This document shows, one piece after another, positions 13,790 through 29,933 of a DNA stretch of 64,000 bases; position 1 is the first letter of the stretch; each line of letters opens with the position of its first letter. The position numbers and the translations under genes are program-made. The DNA is taken from NCBI RefSeq assembly GCF_009914755.1, contig NC_060928.1; one strand, written 5' to 3'. This DNA comes from the human T2T-CHM13v2.0 reference genome, Homo sapiens. The notes under the pieces are model-generated. The model was not told where the DNA came from. It was given only the letters and a program-made list of their open reading frames with translations, and searched no databases.

Positions 13790-15620
13790 TTATGACACAA
13801 ACAGTACAACAAATGTATGCAAATAATATATTAGGACAGAGGATCCCAGGAAAGAATGCAGACTGTTACAAGAGAATCTAACTGTATTACAAATGTATGA
13901 AAAAAACTTAAGAGGTTGAGAGTAAGGTGCTGAACGAAATAACTGTGGAAATGAATGGTGTCTATGAGACATAAGGCAAAAGGAACTGAACATAAGCACT
14001 CTATTCTAGTCAACAAAATTGTTTTCTACTGGGGTAGAGGATAACAATTCTAATAGTACTAGATTAATGTACTGGAATTGAACAATTAAGTAAATAGATG
14101 ACAGATGATGCAATTGAGGCTTCTCACTATTGGAGTGGAAATTTATAAATCAGCAAGGGAAGGAGGCTAGAATGATCCATTTGGTAATGGATTAGAGTTG
14201 AAGATTTAAGAACTTATGTTAATATAATACTGATGATTACACATGGAAATATTTGTAAATATGTACATATTATAGGTTAATATACACATATATATTTCTT
14301 TTCTCTCTCAACTGAGAGGAAGCAATGACACTCCGGCAACAATGAAAACACCTAACTAGCAAACAGGAGCACGTAAGAGCCTAGCGCTCGCTCTTGCTTT
14401 TTAATACCACTCACCAACAGAAGGAAACAGAGATCATTGGACAAATGACTGATTCTAGGACTGGGATGAGATATAAACAAGATAAATCTGGAACATCTTT
14501 TAGTTCAAGAAAAAAGGAATTATTCAAAAAAGGAAAGATATATTGATAAATTAATGTTTATGTGGTTTTCCTGGGTAAAAGGGATTTTTTAAGGTAAAAA
14601 ACTAAGAAAAATCACTGGGTAAAAAACTAAGACAGTCAGAGTAAAATATGCAGTTTGATTAAAAACAAAGTATTACTTCATTAATTATAACAAATATACC
14701 GTACTGAGATGGGAGAGTTCCCTTGATTCCTTTGTGGGACTTGCAACAGGGTGTGACTCCTTTACTCAGCCCCTGGCTCATTTGCTCAAACTGCTTGTGG
14801 GAGGGGGAGCACATAGGTGAGTGGGTGCAGGAGCCATGGCAAGTGCTTTTGGGCACCAGCAGGAAAGAACCCCATACCAGCGCGCAGCAGCATCTAGGGG
14901 TTGCCCACGACCTCTGGAGCCCCAGAGGGCATGTGTTACAAACAGTTTTTGCTTTGCTGTCTGCTGATGGCTTAAGTGTCAAACAGCTCAGTGAAGAGTC
15001 AGTATGATAGCCTTTTTGGGTTCCTGCACACAGTGCATCCCAAATTCTTATCCAGCATCCAGGAAGAATCAGGTTACATGAACGGATTGAAGGTTGGTGT
15101 ATGCAGAGGATTTTTACTGAGCGATGGAAGCAGGATGGGGACCTGGAAAGGGGATGGAGTGGGAAGATAATCTTCGCCTGGAGTTCGGCCATTCCCAGTT
15201 GAACTCCTCTCAACATTCAGATGCTTCTTCTCTTCTCTCCTCTGCTGTACCGCTCTGCTCCTCTGCCAGTGGAACTTGGGGTTTTTATGGGTACAGAGTT
15301 GGGGGCATGGGAGGTCAGAGTGGTTTTGGAGGAGGCATGGCAGGCCAGGGTTGTTTTGTAAAAGGTAGCATTCGGGCAGGAAAACAGGAATGCATATTCT
15401 TATTTAGGGCCTGAGGTCCAGGCTTGTGGGTGGAGCCCTCACCCAGGACCCTGCCCTCTTCTACCCAGTATTTCCCTGCTTCCTGTCTGTATCAATACTT
15501 ATGTAAGATGCTAATAATAGGGGAAACTATGTGTAAATAGTATGGCAATTCTCTGTACTATCTTCTCAATTTTTCTATAAACTTAAAGCTGTTGTAAAAA
15601 TTAACATAAATATTTTAAAA
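13790..15620 (+). mobile_element. L1MC3-like 3' end interrupted by an LTR
   Basis: caagggaaggaggctagaatgatcc...ggattagagttg; resumes after the LTR with atgtaagatgctaataataggggaaact...ctctgtactatcttc. Confidence 0.75.
14705..15494 (-). mobile_element. MER52/LTR27-family ERV1 solo LTR
   Basis: minus strand begins tgatacagacaggaagcagggaaatactgggtagaagagggc; TG...CA termini; 4-bp TSD gtac/atac; GC-rich relative to flanks. Confidence 0.85.
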
Positions 15621-15639
15621 TGTAATTGATTCAATAAAC

Positions 15640-17703
<2,064 letters not shown>

Positions 17704-18349
17704 ATATGACTAGTCACAAAGAAATATACTAAAAAAGAAATCCAAAGAAATTTAAGTTAAACCTGCAAAAACTTCAGAGGCTGGAGCCTTAAAGTCTGGG
17801 AATCAATGGCGTGTCTGTGCATTTAAGCGACAAAGAACAAAAGGTAGAGGCAATGTAATCTTCTAAATTAGTGCCAAACTAGTTAAGCAACACGAAACTC
17901 AGTTTGTGTCATTCACTTTTAATTCAGTATAATTTGTTCCATGAAATTCCTGTCCTAGAGAAAATATATCCATACGCTTCTATGAAGTCTATGTTTACTG
18001 TGTAGCAGAAGTACAGAAAGGTGAATGTCCTTCCATGCTACAGAAGCAAGAGCCAAATGAACCCAGAGAAATAATATCTAGACAAGATTCTCTCCCCACT
18101 CCCCACTCACTTGATTCCTACTTCTTGTTAGATTCCTGACACCAAGACAGATGTGACAAGAATACAGATGAAGTGCCCTGGGGTTTTCCTAAATAATATC
18201 CTATATCATGAAACTTCAAACAGCTAGGAACTAGATGCCCCCAAAACAAAACCATCCATGCTGTGCCTCCAGGAATTTAAAATAACCATGAGTAGTATGT
18301 CAAGGGCTCTAATGTAAAAAGTAGGCAACACAAAATAGCTGCTAAATAC

Positions 18350-19012
18350 CAAATATTTAAAAAATAAACTATACATTTCTAAAGGACACATGGGTCAAAA
18401 ATGACATTTTGAGACCATTTTAAACTATTTTGACATAAATAAAAGTGAATATACAACTTATTGAAATTTATGGAATGCAGGGATAGGAGTGCTTAGAGGG
18501 AAATTTCTAACTTTAAATTCATATATTAAAAAAGAAGAAAGATCTAAAATAAATAAACTAAGCTGTTGTCTTGAGACACTAGAAAAAGAAGAGCCAATTA
18601 AGCCCAACACAAGCAGAAGTGAGAAGATAACAATACAAGTAAAAGTAAATGAAATTGAAAAGAGTGAAACAATAGAGAAAAATCAATGAAACTGAAAGCT
18701 GAGTCTTTGAAAAAAAATCGATAAAATTAACAAACTTTAGCCATCTGATTAAGAACAAAAGAAGGAAAATACACAAATTACCAATATTAGAAATTAAGGA
18801 GGGATCATCACTACTGAGGCTATGAACATTAAAAGAATATACTAGATTCTATGAACAATTCTATGCCCTCAAAGTTGATAACTTAGATAAAATGGACCAA
18901 TTCCATGAAAGACACAAATTACCAAAATTCACTCAAGGAGACATAGGCAATCTGAATAGCACTATATTTGTTAGAGAAATTGAATCCATAATTTAAAATA
19001 TTCCAAAAGCAA
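18350..19012 (+). mobile_element. internal L1 ORF2 fragment (L1M-type)
   Basis: ORF 18489-18689 LRGKFLTLNSYIKKEERSKINKLS...LEKEE..KP matches the ORF2p region after the endonuclease domain; frameshifted. Confidence 0.9.
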
Positions 19013-19699
19013 AGATGAGAGGGAAGCGTAGCACAGAATGAAAATATCTCTAGAAGCCAAATATTATGGTCTATGCTGTCAATTTATACTGACCATTTTC
19101 CTATTAGTTACTTCGGTGACAAGCAAGCAGAACCCCCAGCTTAAACACCAACAGTAAAGATCACTCATCACTTCATGGCCTCTTCCTCCCATGCAGTGCC
19201 TCTAGGAGTAGAACCAGGAAAATCTTTCCTTAATGGTCAGCTACTATGTTTAAGCAGATGGCTATTTTTTGGCCATGAGTATTTCAATCCTTTTGAGAGG
19301 AAAGTTAAGTGAATGTTAAGGCTACTCTTTATGTGTAAAGCATATGGTGAATTCTAGGAAAAATATCTCATTTCCTAGAAATTTCCTCACATAAATATCT
19401 CATCCATGTGAAAAGGCCTGTAACAAAAAAAAACACTAGGCCAGAGAACAGCACCAACTTTCTTCATTAATCTGTATCATCCTAAATGAATTTAGATCCA
19501 TGAAAATAAGCATTTCCAAAAGTTGCTAATAACATGCATATATAAAACAGGAATATAATGGAATCCTCTAGCATGGTCAAAGGATATTTCAAGTTTACTC
19601 TTTATAAAGAAATTAAAGGCACAAATACAATATTGGAGCTTGTATAAGGTGAGTGAAAGAGAGAAAAGACAAATACATATGAATTATAAATATATATTT

Positions 19700-19780
19700 A
19701 GATAAAGGATAAAAATACAAAAATAAGGATAAAAAGGGCAAATAAAGGATAAATAAAAAGGATAAAAATATAAAAATAAC
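19700..19780. repeat. degenerate tandem repeat (aaaggataaaa-like)
   Basis: aaggataaa occurs four times within about 70 bp. Confidence 0.6.
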
Positions 19781-19909
19781 TTTATATATAAATTATATAG
19801 CTACGCATCTATAACTCTAGTCCTCTCTCATTTAAATGACTCAGAGAAACAAGTTCAGTAATTTTAATTCAAACTAAAAAAAAAAACAACTTTGAATCAG
19901 ATATATACT

Positions 19910-20208
19910 GGCCAGGCACAGTGGTTCATGCTTGTAATCCAAGCAATTTCAGAAGCCGAGGCAGGCAAATCACTTGAGGTCAAGAGTTTGAGACCAGCCT
20001 GGGCAACATGGCAAAACTCCATCTCCACTAAAAATACAAAAATTAACTGTACGTGGTGGCCCACACTGTAATCCCAGTTACTGGGGAGGCTGAGGCATGA
20101 GAATCACTTGAATCTGGAAGGCAGAGATTACAGTGAGCCAAGATGGTACCATGCACTCCAGGCTGGGTGAGAGAGAGAAAGAGACTCTGAAAAAAAAAAA
20201 AAAAAAAA
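19910..20208 (+). mobile_element. Alu SINE (old AluS/AluJ)
   Basis: ggccaggcacagtggttcatgc...cacttgaggtcaagagtttgagaccagcctgggcaac...A tail. Confidence 0.95.
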
Positions 20209-20599
20209 GAACATGTATACATAAATCTGATTGCTAGAGGTGAGTTTAAAGACATTTTATTTTTCACTATCCCTAATATAAATTTAAGGTTGTTTTCCAA
20301 ATTTATAATGTATTATATCTTCTATAAAATAGAAATAAAATAAATAACTAGATGGAGGAATAAATAAGATGAAAGTAGCATATTTTCTATAAAAAAGTAT
20401 TAAATATTCACATGTTTACTCTGTTAATCTAAAATTACCATTTGTAACTGACATAGCGTGTACATTAATTCAAGGCAGAATTCACAGTTTTACATTTTTA
20501 AGTCTTCCTATCCAAAGCATAGTTTTGTATTTATGTCTAATTTATAACTTCCATAGATTAACTTTTTGGCTGAGGCTATAAGTTCCCTTAAAAACTTTT

Positions 20600-21280
20600 T
20601 CATAAGTCTCTCATACATAGAGAAAAGTGTGCACTTTGCAAGAGTAAAGCCCAGTGAATTTTCACAAGCTGCATATATCCATGTAAACAGCACCCAGATT
20701 ATTTCAGTGCCAGATGACTCTGCCAGACCCCTTGAAGTCACCCCTTTCCATCAAGGGTAACCGTCCCTGTCTTCTAACAGTATAGTAGTAGACTCCCTGT
20801 TTCTGGATTTTATAGAAACTGAATCATACACTATTAATACATTCTTTTTAATTTATTTTTGCTCAACATTATGTTTGTGAGATCTGTCCCTGTAGTTATA
20901 GGTCATTTATTCTTGCTGCTGAGCAGTGTTCTCATTGTGTTAATTTAGAACAATTTATTAATCCAATCTATTGCTGTGAACATCTATATACTTTCTGGTA
21001 TTGACTATTAAAGACAGTGCTGTTTGAACTTTCTTGTACAAGTACTTTCGTAAACAATACACACATTGCTTTGGAGCACGTGGCAATGTTCAGCTTTAGT
21101 AACCAATCTAAATCCCCATCAGTATTACATTAGCATTCCATTTACTCAAAGCACAAGGTTTTATGTTTTTGTCTTTTTTTTTTTCTTTTCTATGAGTCTC
21201 CATTTTCATTCGAGCAATTCTGGCAGGTATATCCAGTGAATATTTCATGCAAATTTTGCATTTAAAAAATAAATTTTATG
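20600..21280 (-). mobile_element. L1ME-like 3' end
   Basis: gtgaattttcacaag...ccatgtaaacagcacccagat; ttttgctcaacattatgtttgtgagat. Confidence 0.75.
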
Positions 21281-22122
21281 TCTCGTGTTGAAAGCTTTGG
21301 TTGCTGTTGCGAATAGGGTCATCTCAGCTTTGTGTTTTTCCAAAGTCACTGGACCAATTATACCCGCACCATGAATATCAGCATGTGAGTTTTTGCAAAT
21401 ACGATTTTCTGTTTGTCATCTTTCTCTCTACACCTCATCTCCTCTCTCTCTCTTCCTTCCTTTTCTCCATTTCACTGATTCTGGTGATTGTATTGAGTAG
21501 AAATTTTTGAGAGCTGTATTAAAGGTTAATTGAAATACAATAATCTGCATAAATTCAAAGTATAAAATTTCATGAGACTTCAAATGTGTATGCATATATT
21601 AAAAAATCACCACACTATAGATAACATTTCCATCACACCCTTCCAAGTTTCCTCATGCCTCTTTGTGATCCATAGTTTCCTCCATATCATACCCCGGCAG
21701 CACGAGATCTCTTCTTTGACATTACTGTTTAGTTTGCATTGTCTAGAATTTTATATAAATAAAATCCTATACTATGCATAGTTTTTGTGGATTTTTTTCA
21801 CTCAGTATAATTATTTTAAAATTTATCAATGACACTGTACATATCAACAATCCATTACTTTTTATTGGTGAATAGTATTCCATTGAACTAATACGCCACA
21901 ATATGTTTATCAATTCATTTATTAATGGACTTTGTTTTTTTTTTAGTTTTGGGATGATACAAATAAAGAGGCTGTAAACACTTGTTTATGAGTCTTGGCG
22001 TGAGCATATGCCTTCACATTTTTCTTGAATCAATATCCAGGAGTGACATTACTGGTTTATGAAAGCACATGTTTAATTTCATAAGAAACTTCAAAATTAT
22101 TTTCCAAAATTGAACAAATTTA

Positions 22123-22506
<384 letters not shown>

Positions 22507-22605
22507 TTAAATGTTGACCTTCTAGTGGGTTTACAGAGATACTCATTGTGGTTTACATTTGCATTTCCCTAATAAAATAAAGTTGAGCAAGTTTTCATGT
22601 GCCAT

Positions 22606-22912
22606 TTGTTTTTGTTTTTGTTGTTTGAGAAAGGGCCTGACTGTGGCCCAGGTTGTAATGAAGTGGCACGGTAATGGCTCACTGCAGCCTTGACCTTCTG
22701 GGCTTAGATGATCCTCCTATGTCAGCCTCCCAAGTAGCTGAGACTACAGGAGCATGTCACCATGCTCAGTTAATTTTTTGTATTTTTTGTAGAGACAGGG
22801 TTTCACCAGTTTGCCCAAGCTAGCCTCAAACTCCTGGACTCAAGCAGTCTGCCCACATTTGCCTCCAACTTCCAAAGTGCTGGGATTACAGGCATGGGCT
22901 ACCATGCCCAGC
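22606..22912 (-). mobile_element. AluJ SINE
   Basis: ggctcactgcagccttgaccttctgggc...aaagtgctgggattacaggc; T-rich tail at left. Confidence 0.93.
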
Positions 22913-23254
22913 TTTTTGCTAATTTTTGAGTAGGGTTGTTTTTCTTCTCATTGATGGGTTGTAAGGGTTCTTCTACTATCCTGGATACAACTTTTTTAAT
23001 AAAAATTTACAAATATGTTTTCTATGGCCAAACTTTTCACTACTTCAAGTGTCCTTTGAACAGCAAACATTTTTAAATTCGATTAATTCCATTTCATTAT
23101 ATTTTGTTTTATAGTTTGTGTCTTTGTGGGGGCATACTATTCATGTAATCTTTGCCTAATTCAAGATCACTGAGATTTTCTTCTGCGTTTTCTTCTAGAA
23201 ATTTCTATTTGGTGTTCTTTATACCTATAATTTTCATTTTTTTATTTCATTTTT

Positions 23255-23550
23255 TTCTTTTTTCTTCTTTTCTTTTTTTTCTTTCACCCAGACTGGAGTG
23301 CAGTGGTGTGATCTCGGCTCACTGCAACCTCTGCACCTAGGCTCAAGCAATTCTCCTGCCTCAGCCTCCCCAGCAGCTGCAGCTGGGATTACAGGCACAC
23401 CACTACCACCGGGCTAATTTTTGTATTTTTAGTAGAGGCAGGGTTTCACCATGTTGGCCAGGATGGCCTTGAACTCATGACCTCAAATGAGCCACCTGCC
23501 TCGGCCTCCCAAAGTGCTGGGATTACAGGCGTGAGTCACTGTGCCTGGTC
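23255..23550 (-). mobile_element. AluS (Sz-like) SINE
   Basis: ggctcactgcaacctctgc...gacctcaaatgagccacctgcctcggcctccc; TSD tcattttttt; gcagct duplicated internally. Confidence 0.95.
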
Positions 23551-24554
23551 TCATTTTTTTTATATAGTATGAGGTAATAATGAAAGAGTACTTTTTTGCA
23601 TGTGGATATCGTTTTAGCACAATTGTTAAAAAGATGATCATTTCACTATTGAATTACCTTGAAAACACTGTTGAAAATCAACTGGCTATATAGATGTGGT
23701 TCCATCCCTGGGCTCTCTAGTGTTCTCCACTGTTCTGTATTCTAACATTATGGCAATACCAAGTGCCTTGATTAATGATAAGTATTGTTGTCAGATAGTG
23801 TAAATTACCTAATTATGCTCTTCTTTTTCACAATTGTTTTAGCTATTCTAGGTCATTTGGATTTTTGTGTAAATTTAAGAATGAGTTAGAATATTTCTAC
23901 AAAAAATCTGAGTGGGTTCTTGATTGGTATTTCATTGAATCTATAGATCAATTTGAAGAGAATGAACATCTTAACAATATTGAGTTTTCCAATCCATGAA
24001 CATGATATATTTCTTCATTTACTTAGTTCTTCTTTACTTTCTTTCATAAATCTTTTATCTTTCTACATGCACATCTTAAATATTTTTGTCAAATTTATCC
24101 ATTAACATTTCATATTTTGTGATGCTATTACAATTGGTAGTTTTTGAGACTTTTTTTCTTACTTTTAATTTCTGATTGTATTTGCTGGCATATAGAATAT
24201 TTTTGTCTATTCTGCTGAGGAATATTTGTCTGTAGTTTTATTTCTTTGGATTTTCTTTGATTTTGTTATCAGTAGAAGAGTGATTTGATAGGAAACCACT
24301 ATTAAAAAAAACAGTTTGTGTGGAACTGGCGTTACATCCTCCTTAAATATTTGGCAGAATTCACCACTGAAACCATTTGAACCTAGAATTTTCATTGTGG
24401 AAAAATTTTTAATTGAAAACTCAATTTCTTTAATAGCTATAGTGCTATTACAATTTATATGTTTTCTTCAGTGAACTTTAGTAGTTTAAGTCTTTCACAG
24501 AATTTAAAATGTTATCCAAGTTATTTAATCTATTGCCATAATGTTTGCAATATT

Positions 24555-26768
24555 CATTTTTAACAACTATATTTTAGAGTGGTTTTAAATTCCCAGGCAA
24601 ATTAAAAGGAAGGTACAGAGATTTCCCCTTATGCCGACACATGCATAGCCTCCCCCACTATCAACATTTCCCACCAGAATGGCATGCTCATTACAACTGA
24701 TGAGCCCACATTAACACATCATAATCATCCAAAGTCCATAGTTTGCCTTAGGGTTTGCTCTTGGTGTGGCACATGTTAAGATTTGGACAAATGTATAAAG
24801 ACACATACCTATCGTTAGAGTATCATACAGAGCATTTTCACTGCCTCGAAAATCCTCTGTGCTCCACCTCTCCATCCCTCAACCCCTGACAACAAAGATA
24901 TTTTTACTATCACCATTCTGCCTTTTCCAGAATGTCATATAGTTAGAATCATGGAGTATGTAGCCTTTACAAATTGGCTTCTTATACATAATTATATACA
25001 TTTAAGGGTTCCCCGTGTTTTTGCATGGCTTGATGGTTTATTTCTTTTTAGTAATGAATAATATTTAATTGTCTGGATGTACCAGGTTTGTTAATCCATT
25101 CACCTACTAAGGAACATCTTGGTTGCTTTCAAATTTTGGAAATTAAGGATAAAGCTGCTATAAAGATCCATGTGCATGATTTTGTGTAGACATGTTCCCA
25201 ACTTCTTTGGGAAAATATCAAGGAGTGTGACTGCTGAATCATAAGACAGAAGCATGTTTACTTTTGTAAGAAACCACCAAACTGTCTTCCAAAGCGGTTA
25301 TACCATTTTGCATTCCCACCAGCAATGAATGAGTGTTTTGGATGCTCCATATCTTCATCTGCATTTGGTGTTGTCAGTATTCCAGATTTTGGACATTCTA
25401 CCAGGTATGCATTGTTGTTTTAATACTCATTTCCCTGATGACATGAAGTGTAGAGCATATTTTCATAAGCTTATTTTCCATCTGCATACCTTATTTGATA
25501 AGGGGTCTGTTAAGGTCTTTGGCCTACTTTTTAACGGGGATTTTTAAATTTCTTCCTGTCGAGTTTTAAGAGTCCTTGGTGTATTTCAGGTAACAGTCAT
25601 TGGATATATCATTTGCAAATATTTTCTCTCAATCTGTGGCTTGTCTTCTCTTTCTCTTGACGTTGTCTTTCACAGGGCAGAAGTTTTTAATTTTAATAAA
25701 CCCCAGTTTATCGTTTGTTTCTTTCATAAATTGCGCCTTCAATGTTGAACCTAAAAAGTCATCACCATACCCAAGGTAATCTAGTTTTTCTTCTCATGTT
25801 ATTTTCCAGGATTATTATAGCTTTGCACTTAACATTTAGGTCTGTGATCCAGTTTGAGTTCGTTTTTGTGAATAATGTAAGATCTGTGCCTAGATTGTTT
25901 TACCTAGGGATGTACAGTTGTTCCAGCACATTTGTTGAAAAAAAAAATCTTTGCTCCATTATATTGCCTTTGCTCCTTTGTTCAAATATAGTTGACAGTA
26001 TTTATGTGGGGCTATTTCTGGGCTCTCTATTCTGTTCCATTAAACTATTTGTTGCCATTGATCTATTTCTATTTCCATAGATCTACTGATCTATTCTTTA
26101 GCCAATATTGCATTGTCTTGATTAGTGTTGCATTGTAGTAAGTGTTGAAGTCAGGGGTCAGTCCTGCAGTTTTATTCTTTTCCTTCAAAGTGATGTATTG
26201 GCTATTGTGGTTTGTATTTTCCTTATCCCACATGAAAGGCTACAGCCGATTGAAGTGGGGTATTTCCCTTCCCCCAGATCAGTTAGGTTCTGATCATATC
26301 CCAGCACATTTGGTTCTGGTTAAATAGTTTCTCCTTAGGAAATATCTTGTTAAGAACAAAGTGCTCTCATGTATTTCAAAATGGTTCATTTTCCCCTCTC
26401 CCTGCCAGAAGAGCAATGGAATTTTTCTCTGATATTTACTGTGGGAACCAGGTCCATCTGGTTGAACTTGTGAAGGTGAATATTGTGCCTTGTCCCCGTG
26501 ACTCGGTTTCTCTCGAGCTTTTGGTCCCCAGAGTTGTCCACATCAAGCCTCCAGCAATTTGTTCAGGTTTTCTTATCCTCATGAGTCTTTGATCTGGCAA
26601 GACTAACTCCCTGCTTTCACCTGTCTGTCTCTCCAGTGTTGGAGGCAACAGTTTGCCCTGTGTCATCTAGATCCAGAGTGTTGATTTTTCAATCTGTTCA
26701 GCTTGTTATTTGTTGTTAGGAAGTAATGGTGATTTCCAAACTCCTTACATGTGGAACTGGAACCCAGT
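24555..26768 (-). mobile_element. L1MC1/2-like element: 3' end (24555 to about 26237) fused to an L1 5'-end-like segment (about 26238-26768)
   Basis: aggtacagagatttccc...cataatcatccaaagtccatagttt is an L1MC 3' end; gggtatttcccttccccc and ctccttacatgtggaactggaac resemble an old L1 5' end. Confidence 0.7.
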
Positions 26769-27916
26769 CCTTTATTGTTATTTTAATGTCTGTAGTATCT
26801 GTAGTGAAACACCCTTTGTCAGTCCTGTTTTCTATGTCATTAACTTGTTTTGGAAAATTCTTCCTTCACTAATTCGTTATTCTCAATTTATGCACTTAAT
26901 GCTATAAAGTTCCCTCTAAGTAGAGCTTTACCTGCATCCGACACATTTTGACAAATGTTTTTCTTTTCATTCAATTTCAAATTGTTTCAATTTTTTTCTT
27001 GTATTTTCCTTAATTTGTTATTCAAAAATATGTTGAGATCAGTTTCCAAATGTTTGAGGATTTTCCAGTTATCTTTCTGTTACGGATTGCTAATTTAATT
27101 TTGTTTCATGCAGGAACATGTTATGTATCATTTCAATCATTTCAAATATACTGTGACTTATTTTATGGTCCAGAATATGACCTGCCTGTTATATCTCATT
27201 ATTACTCAGTAACAATTTTTGTAAATGTTGAATCCTTACTTGATGAAAGAATGAATGAATGATCCACTTCTCTGGAAGTTTCATTCATCCTTTTCTGTTC
27301 TCATTTGTTGCATGACTTCAGGAAAGTGTCAGTTCAGCTTGATCTTGTGCTATTGATGACTTACTATTGTACAATTGCTTGTATTATTGATGACTTGAGT
27401 TGGTCTACACTAATTCCTAGGTACCTTTCAGTTTCACATGCTGTGATTACATTTCAATAAATGCATAGTATTCTAAATGCTGATTCCAGGCATTTGACTT
27501 GACTTAGTCACTAATGACTTACTTCGAAACACCATCATGCCTAACAAAATCACAAACAATTACATTTCACAGATTTCCAAAGCTACTCTCAATTTGTCAA
27601 AAATCTCGCTATTCAAACCCATAAATGCCAATGGCTTATTGTATTTTCATCTTACCTTTTATCTATGCATTTTTTCACAGTTGTAATCATACTTTATACA
27701 GATTATATGAAATAAAGTATATCTTGTTTATTTTCCTAATATTATGTTGATCTGCTAGCTAAATGTAAATGACTTCAAAAGTCTTTTCTTTATAATAATA
27801 TGTGATTCTGTGTATAGGACACACAAAATAAAAAGGGAGCACATATACCCAGGAAGTAAGTTAATCACTTACAGATATATCACATTTATTTATTTAAAAA
27901 AAAACAACAAAACTAC

Positions 27917-28465
<549 letters not shown>

Positions 28466-28851
28466 TTCATCTCCATGATTAGGCATGTTATTTACTTTCT
28501 TTTATTCACCAATTAATTAACAAACTGAATTGCCATAGTAGTATAGTGTGATTAGTGCTATAATTCCAAATAATATACAACACTTTGATGTGTTTTGTCA
28601 TTGACCTTAATTATTAGTTTCCTTGAGCCAGAATACAGCATCTAAACTTCACTTTAAAATACAAGATCTGCTTTTTTCTTGAACCAAGTCAAATTTTTTT
28701 TTCAATTTTTTCAGGGCAGTAATTCAATTCCTCAAATATCAAACAACAATGCATTATTAAAAAGTCCCTGTGTAAGTAAGCTATCCTAAGCCCTTTAATT
28801 CAGCATCTTAGGCTACCTTGTTGACACTGAACATTCAACCATCAGGTTTCC

Positions 28852-28930
28852 TTTATTCACTCAAAATGTTATTACGTACCTACTATGTGACAGGCACTAT
28901 GCCAAATACAGAGGATACAACAATAAAAAT
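28852..28930 (-). mobile_element. L2 3' end
   Basis: acctactatgtgacaggcactatgccaaatacagaggataca. Confidence 0.7.
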
Positions 28931-29189
28931 AATGTATATAAAATATTTATTTTTGCAATTAAAAGCTTCTTAAGTTTTTACTTTACATTCTAAATCTCAT
29001 GGCTCTCCTTATGGACTGCTATCTAGAACCCTGAGAATTTCCTCTTTTAAATATATTCTCTTACACTACATCGCTTCTCTCCTTTAACTTCTCCTTGTTC
29101 CCACACCCTATGTCATGGTGAAAATTTGCTCTTTGGGAAAACTATCTCTCTTTTCTTCTGTGTATAACTCTGTTTCCTAGGGTTTTCCT

Positions 29190-29420
29190 ATGGTTAGACA
29201 GCTAAGTTGGGAGCCTGTTTCCCTTATTAACTAGCTTTAATCCTGAACAACTACTTTGGTCTTTCAAAGCCTCGAAGTCCTCTCTATAAAACAGGGATTA
29301 GAAGAAGTATCTTTTTAAAGAGATGTTGTAAGAATGAAATAAAAGCACCCATCACACAAAACATTTATGACAAACAAATAGGAAAGATTCAATAAATGTG
29401 AGTACCTATTATTATTATCT
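29190..29420 (+). mobile_element. MIR SINE
   Basis: degenerate core cctctctataaaacagggat...gttgtaagaatgaaat...caataaatg. Confidence 0.55.
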
Positions 29421-29624
29421 TAATCATGTTAATATCATATTTCTAGGGCATCTTTAGAACCATTCATCTTCTTAATCCCACGCCTCCTGCTTGGTTTATT
29501 TGTATGCTAGAGTATTCTGGTGCTTCTCCAGTCTTTCCTTATTTATCTTTCTCACTTTATCTTTACCTTGAGCAAACAGTTCGAACCAAAATTTTGGAAT
29601 TTTTGTCTTCAAAAGAATTCAGTC

Positions 29625-29933
<309 letters not shown>

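Noticed and set aside
14659-15414. 185-aa and overlapping ORFs
   Set aside because: Lie in a GC-rich solo LTR where stop codons are rarer
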